This document shows positions 1-11,500 of a stretch of 64,000 bases of DNA, one piece after another. This DNA comes from a virus. The stretch lies in IMG/VR virus record IMGVR_UViG_3300025276_000021; one strand, 5' to 3'. The stretch's first letter is position 1, and every line of letters begins with the position of its first letter. The notes below the pieces were generated by a model. It worked only from the letters and a program-made list of their open reading frames with translations. It had not been told where the DNA came from and ran no database searches. A program made the position numbers and the translations under genes.

Positions 1-547
1 TGTTGGATTGAGTAGCATTTGCTGAATCAATTCCAACACACCAAGACGATGTTTCTGGCTGAGCGTCAAAATTTGCTTTATATGGCCAATTTGCATAATC
101 AGTATCGCCGGCGCCTACGACAGAAATCATCAAAGAATTTCCTAGTTCGCCTGGATATTTTGCGATAAATGTATGAGAATCAGTAGACTCTAAAGTCGAA
201 ACTTGACCGTCAAAATTGTCTGTATTTGTTACTAGTGGTGCGTGATCTGCATCTGAATCACATGCGTTCAATGCAGTACTTGTATACTCCCGAACAATGT
301 AAAGATCGTCGGAATATCTTAGATAATATGCTGCTGAGTGAAAGTCTACTGTATTTATGGTATCTGGTGAGCCAAATACGTTTGCCAGTTTCGCTTCATT
401 ATTTATGAGAGTCGGTTCGTCGCAAGGACCCCAATTAAAGTTGCCAACAAATGCACCTGTAGATGTAGGTACATTGGCAACGCCATTAGTAAGGTCTATT
501 TCTTTTACAACTACAGCAGGAGACTCTGATGGTGAGAATAACGCCAT
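1..547 (-). CDS. gp18: Tail sheath protein (T4 gp18-like), runs off the window edge
   Basis: Not in the ORF track. Hand translation from ATG at 547 gives MALFSPSESPAVVVKEIDLT...GAFVGNFNWGP...AKYPGELGNSL, the typical gp18 N-terminus. AAGGA ribosome-binding site upstream; follows gp17. Confidence 0.95.
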   Translation of the reverse strand, partial: MALFSPSESPAVVVKEIDLTNGVANVPTSTGAFVGNFNWGPCDEPTLINNEAKLANVFGSPDTINTVDFHSAAYYLRYSDDLYIVREYTSTALNACDSDADHAPLVTNTDNFDGQVSTLESTDSHTFIAKYPGELGNSLMISVVGAGDTDYANWPYKANFDAQPETSSWCVGIDSANATQSN

Positions 548-611
548 GTCTATTTCCTTTTCCAAGTATAGAATTATAAGTTTTCATAATACGATTATGT
601 TCAATTACTGT

Positions 612-619
612 TATTTATA
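612..619 (-). promoter_or_regulatory. T4-type late promoter TATAAATA for gp18
   Basis: Exact TATAAATA on the minus strand in the gp17-gp18 gap. Confidence 0.85.
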
Positions 620-630
620 TAATATCTATT

Positions 631-2250
631 TTAGCGATAATCATGCCAAACTTCTGGTTGAATTACTCCCCAAGGATCATCTGGTTGCGCTAGTGGTTCA
701 TCTCTACCATCGTCAATAAATCCGAACGGCAACATGTCGTTTTCAATTTCGTGCATTCTTTGTGAGAACATGAGGTCTTTAACATTTATATCACTCAATT
801 CTTGAAAGTCTGATGTACCTGTATAGTATCCGAAAAGAACAAAATTCATCATTAAATCGTCGTGATTTCCGTTACTAGCCTCGAATGAATTGCCTCTGGC
901 TTCAAATGTTGATATTTCTAAAATAGTTTCCTCATCATGTATTATTAGCTTGCCTGTTTCTAATAAATCTTTTATAGCAGAGCATCCTATACGTTTGACT
1001 TTTTTCGTCATATTGATGCCAATTTTGTCTGCATGTACTACAGACTCAACAAACATATTCTCATACTCTAAATCGTGGTATAGACCGTTACACACTACCT
1101 GACCTGCATCATTAGATTCGACCACGATTGTGGCTTCATTATATGTTGCTGCATATTTTACAATAATATTAGGAAACAATAAAGGAGATATTAAATTATT
1201 TCGATAAACTGCGACTTGCTCAATAGGCTCACCTTCTGTTACATCTATTATATTAAATGTTGAATAATCTTGACCTCTGCCACGAGCAACGTCTACCATA
1301 CAAACATAATTGTGGTTCTTTACAGGTTCTTTATACACTAAAACTGAGTCTCTGTCAATACGTCTTAAAGGTTCTTTTGCTTTTAATGCCAACAGACATT
1401 CAGCAGCTATCAGTGTATTTCCTGTACCCATAAAGGTATTGCCAAATTCTTGATCAAATTGTAGTTGTGAAGTATTAGCGATAGTTGAAGCTTTCCAAGC
1501 CTCATCACGTCCAGGAACATCATACCAATCAACACGAAATGGTTTATACTCGTTAGTGTTCTGCATTGCGCCTTCCCAAATTTTATGAAAGACGTTACCG
1601 ACACCATTAGCTGTTGAAGTAATAATAACCTTTGTAGATTCACCGCTAGACACAACAGGATATGTTGATGTATAGAATGTTGCTGCATTTTCTACAAATG
1701 CAAATTCGTCAAGATATAGTAAGTTTACTGACATACCACGAATAGATGATCCTGAAGTAGCCGCAGCCACAATCTTAGAATTATTGCTAAACTCTATAGA
1801 GCCTTTGTTTAATGCTTTACATCCAGGTTGAAGAAAGAATGGCAAGCCTTCTAACATGAGTGTGACCCTACCGATCATTTCTCTTGCTGTAGCGCCTTTG
1901 TTTGCCATGACTGCAATAGTTTGTTCGGAATGGAATAGAGCATACCAGAGTAAATATGCACATGATGATATAGATTTTCCTGACTGTCTACATGCCAAAA
2001 CGATTGAGAATCTATTCTCATTAAACGATTTAAACATTTCCTCTTGATATGCGTATAATTCAAATGGAACTAGACCGCGATCCAAAGATATAATTTTACA
2101 ATAGGTTTTGGCAAAATATGCAGGGTTGTGCATACATTTTGCGTACTCTTGTACATCAGCGTTTGTCCACTGCTGAATAACGCCATCTTTCTTTACTTGA
2201 GGATTACCAAGATAGCTTTCTTTTTCATTTAGTATCATCTGTAACATCAA
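631..2250 (-). CDS. gp17: Terminase large subunit
   Basis: YLGNP N-terminus, Walker A ACRQSGKS, Walker B LLYLDEFAF, ITSTANG coupling motif, nuclease motifs VDVARGRGQDYS and HDDLMM. Exact start uncertain. Confidence 0.97.
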   Translation of the reverse strand: MMLQMILNEKESYLGNPQVKKDGVIQQWTNADVQEYAKCMHNPAYFAKTYCKIISLDRGLVPFELYAYQEEMFKSFNENRFSIVLACRQSGKSISSCAYLLWYALFHSEQTIAVMANKGATAREMIGRVTLMLEGLPFFLQPGCKALNKGSIEFSNNSKIVAAATSGSSIRGMSVNLLYLDEFAFVENAATFYTSTYPVVSSGESTKVIITSTANGVGNVFHKIWEGAMQNTNEYKPFRVDWYDVPGRDEAWKASTIANTSQLQFDQEFGNTFMGTGNTLIAAECLLALKAKEPLRRIDRDSVLVYKEPVKNHNYVCMVDVARGRGQDYSTFNIIDVTEGEPIEQVAVYRNNLISPLLFPNIIVKYAATYNEATIVVESNDAGQVVCNGLYHDLEYENMFVESVVHADKIGINMTKKVKRIGCSAIKDLLETGKLIIHDEETILEISTFEARGNSFEASNGNHDDLMMNFVLFGYYTGTSDFQELSDINVKDLMFSQRMHEIENDMLPFGFIDDGRDEPLAQPDDPWGVIQPEVWHDYR

Positions 2251-2581
2251 TCATATTATCATTTTTATCTATATCTAAAAGCATCCTTTGTAGTTCAACA
2301 GTAGAGCCTACAAACAAATTATTTGTAGTGCTACCTTCAATTTGTTTATGTTTATTTGCTTGAGAAAGTTCCAACCTTTTTTTGTGAAGATCCAACAATT
2401 TATCGTTAGTATCTGAAACTGTTTTGATGAGACCCGCGACCACCTCAAATGCTCTTGGATGCTCTAAAGCACTAGCAATAGAAGTCATTTCATCTAAAGC
2501 ATTTTGCCCTTTATTAATCAAATCATAATATGTCTGTCGCGTAAACTCTATATCGTTTATTGCATTATCTGAATCGTTCAT
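2225..2581 (-). CDS. gp16: Terminase small subunit
   Basis: EHPRAFEV and TTNNLFVGSTVELQ motifs; directly upstream of gp17. Confidence 0.93.
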   Translation of the reverse strand: MNDSDNAINDIEFTRQTYYDLINKGQNALDEMTSIASALEHPRAFEVVAGLIKTVSDTNDKLLDLHKKRLELSQANKHKQIEGSTTNNLFVGSTVELQRMLLDIDKNDNMIDVTDDTK

Positions 2582-2590
2582 TATATTTCC

Positions 2591-3376
2591 TTATGCGGAA
2601 TCAAAAGTTTCATTAGTAATTATCGAAAATCCGAAATCGCTATCTCCTAGAGGTGGCGTGAGACCTAGTGGATTAGGCTCTATCACATATTGCGCGAACT
2701 GCGGATCACTAGAATCTCCCAAAATTTGACTGTGTACGTCCGTAATTGTTTTTCTTATAACATTTCCAGACGTTATAGGTCCATAGAAGTTTGCTAACAT
2801 CGTAAAGTCTAAAGTATATATTATAGTTCTTCTTTGTTCAAGAGATCCTTCAAAATCATCCGAAAACGTAACGCCGTTTAAAGTGATAGGAATATCTTCC
2901 CTAATATCAGACGCTAGGGTAGCAAAAGGCTTCATAGTAATTGTATAATGCGGATTAAAATAAGGTATTATTTGCTCTACCATTTGTAGAGCATCGTCTT
3001 GTGTTTTAGCGTAAATATTTAATTGAAAGATAATATCGTACGGTGCGGGACTATAGAATTTATTTTTCTGTGTAGTTGAAAGCGTTTTATTAAACGTATT
3101 CATCTTAGGTAGCTTTCGTTCCGAATTATACGTCATGCCAACAATTTCAAACGACATTCTAGGAAGCTTTATTGCAACTTTTGTGTCAGTATCTAAATCT
3201 GGATTTTCTCTAATTCTGTCAAGATATTTAGCCTTAGGTGCATACGACAGAGGAACTTTGACCTGACTTCTTACCCTTCCTGAAGAATCTTTTCTCAAAA
3301 CATAGATGTTATTAAACATTGTTCCAAATATTGCAACAGATTTTCTAATTCTCTCGTGGTAAAAATACGTTAACAT
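2591..3376 (-). CDS. gp15: Tail sheath stabiliser / tail terminator
   Basis: YFYHERIRK..FGTMFNNI, VPLSYAPK, LPRMSFE, QIIPYFNP, RRTIIYTLDF motifs; synteny. Confidence 0.95.
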   Translation of the reverse strand: MLTYFYHERIRKSVAIFGTMFNNIYVLRKDSSGRVRSQVKVPLSYAPKAKYLDRIRENPDLDTDTKVAIKLPRMSFEIVGMTYNSERKLPKMNTFNKTLSTTQKNKFYSPAPYDIIFQLNIYAKTQDDALQMVEQIIPYFNPHYTITMKPFATLASDIREDIPITLNGVTFSDDFEGSLEQRRTIIYTLDFTMLANFYGPITSGNVIRKTITDVHSQILGDSSDPQFAQYVIEPNPLGLTPPLGDSDFGFSIITNETFDSA

Positions 3377-4467
3377 TATGTGTCTCCTGGATCGCCAAAG
3401 GGATTAGTCTCGGAGAAGTCTAGAAAATCAAGCAAAACATTAGAAGCTGTAGCATCGAATATATCATTTTGCGAGTTTATTTGAATTTTATTATTATCCG
3501 TAACTGTTGCTATTCCGACATAAGAACCTTCTGCTCCTATAATATCAGAGTCCCCAGATGCAACGAGAGAATGATATTTACCATCATCCGCACCTACATG
3601 AATTAGCGACATTGTAGCATTCGTCTTACTATATGCGGATACTTCGCCTCTTAGTGTAGTACTGCCAACAGAGTGCCTTATCTTTTCTCCTATATTAAAA
3701 TTTAATTGAGTCAATGCTTTAGGTTCTGCAATAGTCACTAGAGGAGGGTTAATCGAATCGTAATACTTACCTTTATGTATTAACTCTAATCTTAACAATC
3801 TCTTATTATCAAAATCAAATATTGCCTGAGCCCGCGCTCTAAAAAGTTGATTTGTGCCAGTCGCAGAGTCTATTGTTATATTCGGAATACCTGTGTAAAA
3901 ATCACCAGAATCTAAAATACTTACAGAAAATATGCTATTATTGCTATCTTCGCTTTTCATTATAACCGCTGCTTGCGCTCTAAAATCATTAGGAGTTCCG
4001 GTTGGTGAAGCTATAGTTACTGTCGGAGCACTAGTGTAACCCGCACCAGCATCACTCAATGTTAATGTCGAGACTCTATTATTTTCTATAGTTGCTGTTG
4101 CTGTTGCTAAAGTTCCGGGTAAAGAGTCAGGATCGGAAAACGTCACAGTAGGCACACTGTTATAGAATTTTCCGGAATCGTCTATTGCTACCGAATACAC
4201 GTTCTTATTTAAATTATCCCACACCAAAGACGCGATAGCATTTTTGTTGCTAGAATCCGAAGGTATATCTATAGTAACTTGAGGTTGAGTTATATAATAA
4301 CTGCCTGAATTTGTTACTACTGCACCACTAACCTTTCCCAGTCCGTCCACTGCAGCGGTTGCTGTTGCAAGTATTGGAGTGCCTTGTGGTAGAGATATAA
4401 TAACAGAAGGCGCACTATCATATCTACTGCCTGTGTTAGTCAAATTTAATGAAATAATACTACTCAT
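3376..4467 (-). CDS. gp14 C-terminal moiety as a separate ORF (beta-repeat neck protein)
   Basis: Repeats of GxxYxxxPxVTI...ATATA; ends DFLDFSETNPFGDP, the terminus usual for marine T4-like gp14. ATGA overlap with the upstream gp14 ORF. Confidence 0.7.
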   Translation of the reverse strand: MSSIISLNLTNTGSRYDSAPSVIISLPQGTPILATATAAVDGLGKVSGAVVTNSGSYYITQPQVTIDIPSDSSNKNAIASLVWDNLNKNVYSVAIDDSGKFYNSVPTVTFSDPDSLPGTLATATATIENNRVSTLTLSDAGAGYTSAPTVTIASPTGTPNDFRAQAAVIMKSEDSNNSIFSVSILDSGDFYTGIPNITIDSATGTNQLFRARAQAIFDFDNKRLLRLELIHKGKYYDSINPPLVTIAEPKALTQLNFNIGEKIRHSVGSTTLRGEVSAYSKTNATMSLIHVGADDGKYHSLVASGDSDIIGAEGSYVGIATVTDNNKIQINSQNDIFDATASNVLLDFLDFSETNPFGDPGDT

Positions 4468-5066
4468 ACTGAACCTACCACCGCTGTTGCTGTTGCTATT
4501 TCTGGTTGATTCAGAGTCAACTCATAAGTATAAGATCCTTCAGTTTCTATAGAATTTAGAGATTCTAATGAAGTGTTGAAATCTTCTCCGTTGTATTCAA
4601 ACAATTCACATCTCATTTTATATGTTGGTAAATTACTTAACTGATAAAATGGAGATTCGTGTTCAACATGCATAATCTCAAACATAGAATTTGAAAGAGG
4701 TAACCAGATAAGATCACCTTCAACGGGTCTTTCAGTTTCTATATCGTTTGATCCTTGACCAATGATGCCACTCCATCTTCGCCTTGCTACAATAAAAGTT
4801 GCTGCATCACGAATTTCAACTCCAAATTTTGTAAAAAGATCACCATCACCATCAAAACCTTCTGCGTTTTCGATGTACATTTCAATCTTGTAGGATGAAT
4901 TAAATACTGATGGTATATCTTCACCGAAAACTTTATTTTCATTCACTATAGACCTAGGAAGATAATATACATCTTGCCCATACAGCTTTAAGGACTCAAT
5001 AATTATGTCCTCGTGAAGATTTTGTTCATTAGTGTGTTTTTGTGAAAAGTATATATTAGTTGCCAT
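4464..5066 (-). CDS. gp14: Neck protein gp14 (N-terminal core)
   Basis: EQNLHEDIIIESLKLYGQDVYYLPR, TKFGVEIRD, RPVEGDLIWLP, PFYQL motifs; synteny. Confidence 0.93.
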   Translation of the reverse strand: MATNIYFSQKHTNEQNLHEDIIIESLKLYGQDVYYLPRSIVNENKVFGEDIPSVFNSSYKIEMYIENAEGFDGDGDLFTKFGVEIRDAATFIVARRRWSGIIGQGSNDIETERPVEGDLIWLPLSNSMFEIMHVEHESPFYQLSNLPTYKMRCELFEYNGEDFNTSLESLNSIETEGSYTYELTLNQPEIATATAVVGSV

Positions 5067-5070
5067 TTAC

Positions 5071-5829
5071 TTATCCCACAAAAAAATCTACGGGCAATTC
5101 TTGTTCTAATCTAATTCTTTCTTCCAGTTTTTCTATATCTACTGTAGCATCTTCGTATATCTGTCTACCGTTAAGGATAACTCCACCCGGTAGTTGCATG
5201 CCTTCAAACTTAATAAGATTTGCGCCCCATTGCCTTTTAATGAGTGCTGTCGCATATTCTTTTAGCCACATATCATTGTATATGGAAGTATGTGTTTCGG
5301 GATTAATGATTTGAACAACTTGAGCAATTATATAATCACCAGCTTTAATATCGCCTGCTCCAAATTCGCCGTGAATTACTAGACGATTTTGACGCCGAGA
5401 AAACGACACTTGAGGAGTTCCGTTGATTTTCATATCAAGTAAAGACATGTGTTGTTGCATCTGTTCATAGTATACTAATTCACTCATAAAGTTACCTAGA
5501 TTACCAACATCATTTAGCATAATTTGATATTTTATTCCAGACCAATCGTTAACGCCACTTGCGGAATTTACAGGAAATAGTCTCTGCACAAAAATAACGT
5601 CAGATGATATAGGAATATATCCATTCGTTACATCAGATTCAGTTACTAGATGCTTCAGATATGTTCTGATTGTTGCATCTGAATGAAATTCTTGATAATA
5701 CTCTAAGGCATCGTCAATTCTATCTTCGACTTGTTCAAGTGCAACATTTACTTCAAGCACAGGTTCGCCCAGCTTGCGCTTGCAATAGCTTATAAGATCG
5801 TCTCTGGTATCTGGATGATTTGTACTCAT
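5071..5829 (-). CDS. gp13: Neck protein gp13
   Basis: YCKRKLGEPVLEVNV, WLKEYATALIKRQWGANLIKF, LPGGVILNG motifs. Confidence 0.95.
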   Translation of the reverse strand: MSTNHPDTRDDLISYCKRKLGEPVLEVNVALEQVEDRIDDALEYYQEFHSDATIRTYLKHLVTESDVTNGYIPISSDVIFVQRLFPVNSASGVNDWSGIKYQIMLNDVGNLGNFMSELVYYEQMQQHMSLLDMKINGTPQVSFSRRQNRLVIHGEFGAGDIKAGDYIIAQVVQIINPETHTSIYNDMWLKEYATALIKRQWGANLIKFEGMQLPGGVILNGRQIYEDATVDIEKLEERIRLEQELPVDFFVG

Positions 5830-5857
5830 TTTACGTCCCGTTATATATCTTTACTTC

Positions 5858-5865
5858 TATTTATA
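5858..5865 (-). promoter_or_regulatory. T4-type late promoter for gp13
   Basis: TATAAATA about 30 nt upstream of the gp13 start, overlapping the upstream stop codon. Confidence 0.8.
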
Positions 5866-8578
5866 CAGCCCGCACATTGAAGTTTACTTTTGCTGTATAT
5901 GTATCTATTGAAATATTATTATTAGTGTCTTTTTTAGTTAATGTCTGAAATTTACTACCGTCAGAATTGAAGCTAATATCTCTAATATCTCTATTAAAAA
6001 CGCCCGACAATATATACACATCATTATTAAATGAACTATTCTTAAATAATCCAGGCGTCTTATCTAAATCGTATTCTCTAACGCTGGACAAACTTGTGTT
6101 GCCGCCGCCAATAAACATCTTAGTTTCATCTGGATTTAAGTGCATAGAAGAAACATTTGTAAATGATGTAGAAAAAGCTGAATCGAAGGTCGCACTATAT
6201 ATTTCATTTGAATCCGATAAATTATACTTGTAAATTTGATTTGTCGTGTTACTAGAAAGGTACATCTCTGTTCCTTTATTAGCAAGCAAAATATTTGATA
6301 ACCCCGAAACTGTTCCGTTAAGATCAAGAAATTTTTGATTATGCTCTAAAGAAGCTAATCCTATAGGCGCACTATCATTAGTGCTTCCTGTCATTTTGAA
6401 TTGAGTGATACTTTTGTTCGCTGGTGACGCTAAAAATATTTTATTGGTTGTCACTATATCTGTAGAATCGCCTGCAATGTCAAAACCTAAATTTTCGGAA
6501 AGATCAATATTTGTATAAGTATTTTGTTGTGTTGCCGTCGATAACATATAATTTGTGGACATATTATATTCTAGAATTTCCGTGTCATCCGAAATATAAA
6601 GTTTTGCACCACTCGCACTAATTTTCATATGTGTAGGCACAAAACTTGAAAGGTAATAGAGTGATGCAGTCTTGCTAGTATAAGGTGAGACCGCAGCATC
6701 AGGAAATATATTTTCATCAGTTTCTATCGTGGAAAGTGCCCAAGGTACACTCATAGTATATTGATGTACGCCTTCATTATATGTGTCTAAAATATACAGA
6801 TATTGACCATCAGAGCTAATTTGCATAGAAATAGCGCCCAAATCTTTAAACTCCATCATGTTGTCGCTCAAAATTTTACCAATTCGATGTGGTACTTCAG
6901 ATACTTTTGTAGCAGTAGATACGTCAAATTTAACACTCAGGTCATATTGAAGTATTTTACCATTTTGCCTTGCGATACCCCATAATACATAAAGATGATT
7001 TCCATCTGCACTAATCGTAAATGCTTGAGCATATGATGTAAAAACGCTTAAATAGTACCCATAGTAGCTAAGATACCTGTTCAAATAATTATAGTAAAAA
7101 CTATACAAAAATATGTACCGCGACATTTTCCATCTCTCGTTAGTAACGGGTATTGGAGGATTAGCATTGGATGTCGGTCTAGTATAGCGACTAGTTGTCC
7201 AACTGCCGAACTGTGTTTCTGTATGTGCTGGGCCAGTAGTTGTAGTTGTAGATAAATTCTCTAGATAATTCCAAGTTGCTTGGTAATAATGAATAAAATC
7301 ACTTCTATATGGGCTGCCGGATTTGGCAATCGTTGAAGTCACAGAAAACGTGTGTGTTGATACATATTGTGCAGATGATATGTTGTAAGGAATTGTCAAC
7401 TCAAAATATTTTATATGAAGGTGGTCCATGAGGTAATAATGTTTTCCATCAGCAGACATTTGTGTGATGTTGGTTTTAGGATATTGCGATAAGTTTGTGA
7501 GTACATTTCCTGGAACATGCACGCCATTTCTCCATAATCCGTATGAGTTCTGGAAACCATAATAAGTACTAAACCTAACCGTAAAACTTGACGTCCGCGT
7601 ATTTTTCCTTTTATCCGAATTAGATTTTTGACCAATTGCTACTTGGGTATTTTCATAATAATTTGTAAGATATTCTGTTGTTAAAATATCTCCGGGAGAA
7701 GTCAATTCGTATTGATATATTTTATTGTGACCTCTATCCGCAACAAACATCCTATTCTCAGAATCGCTCAACGCGACTCCTTCTAAATAACTAGAATTAT
7801 TGGCCTCACCATTTGATATTCCTAATTGTGTATATGTGTCGAAGGATGCTATGGGTTGCTCATTACCAACAAACGCTCTATAATCATATGGTGCCGGAAC
7901 TTGGTATTGCTGTATAGATTTTGTGCCTGTATTTTGTGCGATATACAACATTGTTCCATCAGAGTTATAATCTAATCCTTCTGCGGTTGTAGATAAAATC
8001 AGAGGAACTCCTTTATTAGCGTCATATAAAACGTCAGGACTTGAAGTCATATTCATAAATTTTAAAGATTCTGCTAAATTAGTTTCGAACAAGTCGAGTC
8101 TATCAACATTATACTTAAACCGAATTATTAAGCCTTGATCGATATGAATATTATTTGAATCGCCAGAAGTTTTAGGTATTTTAGTAGGACTAACAATAGT
8201 TCCTTTAAATTTATAAATGTTATTTTCACTCAAAGATTTTTCTATAGAAGCTGAATCCGTCAAATCTAATGTAGGAGATATCGTATATATGCCGTCTCCA
8301 CCAACAACTTTGGTTATAACTTTACTTGAAACTATATTTTCTAAAACTGGCGTCCATGTTATAGCGTTTCCATCTGAATCTTCTGTGTATAAAGATATGA
8401 TTGGAGTTATAGGTTTATCAGAAAAATCAAAACTAGAATCGAAACTTGACGTCCATACTCCATCTTTAAATGTCACACTATCAACACCATCATTCAGCAC
8501 ACTAATAGGTACTAAAGTGCCGTCATCTAAATATTTGCTAAATTTAAATGAACCCGCATGGTAGTAAATTTCAGACAT
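5861..8578 (-). CDS. Putative virion protein with beta-propeller-type repeats (905 aa)
   Basis: Recurring blade-like units S(A/S)DGxxxY(I/V/L)...I(Y/L)QY(E/D)LSxP(F/W)D(I/V)STA; lies among fibre genes. Confidence 0.65.
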   Translation of the reverse strand: MSEIYYHAGSFKFSKYLDDGTLVPISVLNDGVDSVTFKDGVWTSSFDSSFDFSDKPITPIISLYTEDSDGNAITWTPVLENIVSSKVITKVVGGDGIYTISPTLDLTDSASIEKSLSENNIYKFKGTIVSPTKIPKTSGDSNNIHIDQGLIIRFKYNVDRLDLFETNLAESLKFMNMTSSPDVLYDANKGVPLILSTTAEGLDYNSDGTMLYIAQNTGTKSIQQYQVPAPYDYRAFVGNEQPIASFDTYTQLGISNGEANNSSYLEGVALSDSENRMFVADRGHNKIYQYELTSPGDILTTEYLTNYYENTQVAIGQKSNSDKRKNTRTSSFTVRFSTYYGFQNSYGLWRNGVHVPGNVLTNLSQYPKTNITQMSADGKHYYLMDHLHIKYFELTIPYNISSAQYVSTHTFSVTSTIAKSGSPYRSDFIHYYQATWNYLENLSTTTTTGPAHTETQFGSWTTSRYTRPTSNANPPIPVTNERWKMSRYIFLYSFYYNYLNRYLSYYGYYLSVFTSYAQAFTISADGNHLYVLWGIARQNGKILQYDLSVKFDVSTATKVSEVPHRIGKILSDNMMEFKDLGAISMQISSDGQYLYILDTYNEGVHQYTMSVPWALSTIETDENIFPDAAVSPYTSKTASLYYLSSFVPTHMKISASGAKLYISDDTEILEYNMSTNYMLSTATQQNTYTNIDLSENLGFDIAGDSTDIVTTNKIFLASPANKSITQFKMTGSTNDSAPIGLASLEHNQKFLDLNGTVSGLSNILLANKGTEMYLSSNTTNQIYKYNLSDSNEIYSATFDSAFSTSFTNVSSMHLNPDETKMFIGGGNTSLSSVREYDLDKTPGLFKNSSFNNDVYILSGVFNRDIRDISFNSDGSKFQTLTKKDTNNNISIDTYTAKVNFNVRAV

Positions 8579-11500
8579 TATAGATATCCCTCATAAGATT
8601 GAAATGGATCGAATGTGACTTGAGTTGAGTCAAAGCCTATCGCTTTTGAACTATCTAGATCAAATATACGAATATATTGTATATCAGCTATATATGTAAC
8701 GCCAACTCCCATGTCACCGTTGTATTCGAAAATGACTTCTATATCTCCCGATGTTGAATCGTTTAATCGTGTGCCGCTCTCAATATGAGGAGTTCGAGTT
8801 GCTGAATCTATATGTTTACCGACAAAATTCAAATCTGTATTCCAATGAAGATTCGATTCTGATATATCATACGCTTTGACATAAAATATAGAATTACTAT
8901 CATCGTCATATCTACCTAGTTGAATATTATTTCTAGGTATACTTTTTGTGTATGACCAATTGATACTATCTCCTAAATCGTCAAACCTTTTAAGTTTTAT
9001 AATATGACTTGATCTATCAAAAGCTAAATCAGAATCTGGAGTAACTAAACTATCATGTATAAAACCTGTTAGCTCTCCGATGTAGCTGCCGTCAGATTCT
9101 ACAATAGATGTATATCCTGTAGGATTACTTAGTAGACCGTCTGATTCATACTTAAAAACATAATGAGGTACAGGTCTGTAACCATCTCTGAGAGTAAAAT
9201 TTAACGGTTCTTCATTTTTAGCGGGCGCGTTTGTACCGGAGCCAATAGTTACGAGAGGTTCAAAAGCAGCACTTTCTATTCCAGGATTAAAACTATGCAC
9301 TTTTCTATAAGCTTTTGCGTCTGCTGTGTAAGGACTAACATCTATAGATAATGGATTTCCGGATACTGTTGCATCTAGTATAACTGTATAGCTGTCTGTT
9401 GTTAAATCAGCATCGGGTAATGTAAATACATCGCCACTCTCTCTCATTTTTCTACTAACACGCATTTCTTTAATATACAAATTAGAAAAACTTTTAACTA
9501 TAGAATGAGATGTTATGTCATAATCGTCTGTTGATGCCAATAATAAGTTAGACTTTGACAATTCCTCTATATCAAGTTCTATATTCATAGAATCTATTTT
9601 ATTTCCATCAAAATATGAAAATAGAACATTATCCGATCCTCTATAGTTGAATGAATGGTGATGCCAGTCACCCAGGTCATTTGAAGCATTATTAAGTTTT
9701 ATTGATTTATTATTAATAATTAATGTACCATCTATGTTATATGCTAGTTGTTCGCCACCAGTCATATTTGAAGCAATATGCAATTTTGTATTACTGTCCG
9801 TAAAGGGTTGTCTATTAATAGGAAAGAGACCTGATGCTGGAGTGTTTGCTTTCCATCCCATAGATGAGTGATTTGTGCAGTAATAATAAAGTGTCGGCGC
9901 ACCAGATGCCACAACTATCTGGGTGTAAGCCCCAGCATTTCCCGGTGTTCCAGAAGTTGTCACACCTGTTGTATACTCACTTCCTCCATCATGCGTTCCG
10001 TTTGGCGTACTAGAAAATCTGAGAGGATGCCCAGAATTAGAAGATGCGCTCTGATCGAATCTGTATGTGCTGCCTTCTGTCAGTAGAAGTGTGACATCAG
10101 ATGTCGCAGTAGACCCATCGATAGCATATTTATTAGATGAACCAACATTATGATAAGGATGGTTTGAAGGATTGCCGCCAACGACTGTAGTTATTAAAGT
10201 TGTCGTTACAGATATAGAATCATACTTATCCGTTTTATGGATCATAAAATCTTCGATATATCTTTTCTTATTAACTGGCGTGTTAGGATTTTCAGTATCT
10301 ACTTTAAAATAAGGAATTCCTAACCTAAACTTGCTTTTGCTAGGTTTAATATCATCGCCAACCTGCATGATATTGGTTCCAATAAAAACATTTGCTTGCC
10401 TTGGGTCTGTCTGAAGTGCAGGATCTTGACCTCCTGTTTTTTCGAAGATACAATTTATCCACTTGAAGCATCTAGCATCATACTTGCTCCAGATCGAATT
10501 GCGGGGGGTACTTGTATTTGATATTAAACATTCTTCAAATCTTATATCTGAAGTGCGCCGCGAGGCATACACATGATAACTATTGCTCCTAAATTCGAAA
10601 TTAACTCTGTATGCGCGGCCAGAAACACTGTAAGTTGGTGCATATATAAGCGCCCATGGAGAATGTTTAAATGTTAAGTATGCAAGTTCTTTTAAAGCTC
10701 CTGACGGTGACGCGCCATCAGCCGCATTGCGCCCCGAAAATAACTCACCGAAATACGCTACGTCAAGAATAACATCAGTAGGATCATTTGTTGATCCTGT
10801 AATTAAAATATTTTTTCTTTGGTGAAAACCAAGCACGCCTGACATATTCGCAGTGCCGTGGTCATTAATTACAGTATATGTGCCAGGAGCTATTACAATA
10901 GCATCACCATCGTTTATTTGCGACATTTGTTGTTGTAATGAAAGACCTGATCCGTCTGGATTACTCCAATTATAGATAGTTCCTCCAGTATTTGCCACAT
11001 AATCTATAGCGTGTTGCGTTCCAGTTTCATGAGGCAAACCTTTTACAGATTTTATATTATTACCAACGAATAACTCAGCGTCACTATAATTAACAAAGAG
11101 TTGTTTGTTATACAATAAATTTGAAGATAATGTTCCAGTCCATGTTGATCCGTCTGAATCTATTCCTACTGATCCTATTTTAGATGTTGCAACGCTTCCA
11201 GCGTGCGTCCCATTTGCTGTAGTGCTGAATTTAAGTATATGAGTTGCGTTGCTGGTATCCGATTGGTCAAACGTATAAGTCGCGCCAGGTGCTAGGCTGA
11301 TGAGTGCCTGTTGAACGCCGTTCAAAAAATATTTATTACCATCACTCGTGGATGCCACAGTAACAACATAGGTCGTCGCGGTTGCAGCCGAATGATCAGT
11401 TGCCCCTCCCATACCTGAGTGATTGCCACAATAATAATTCAAAATAGGCTCACCAGCCGCTACCGTTATTTCAGTATAAGCACCCGCACTTCCTGGAGTT

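Noticed and set aside
631-2250. Intein or intron in the terminase
   Set aside because: Length and motif spacing are normal for gp17; no splicing motifs seen.
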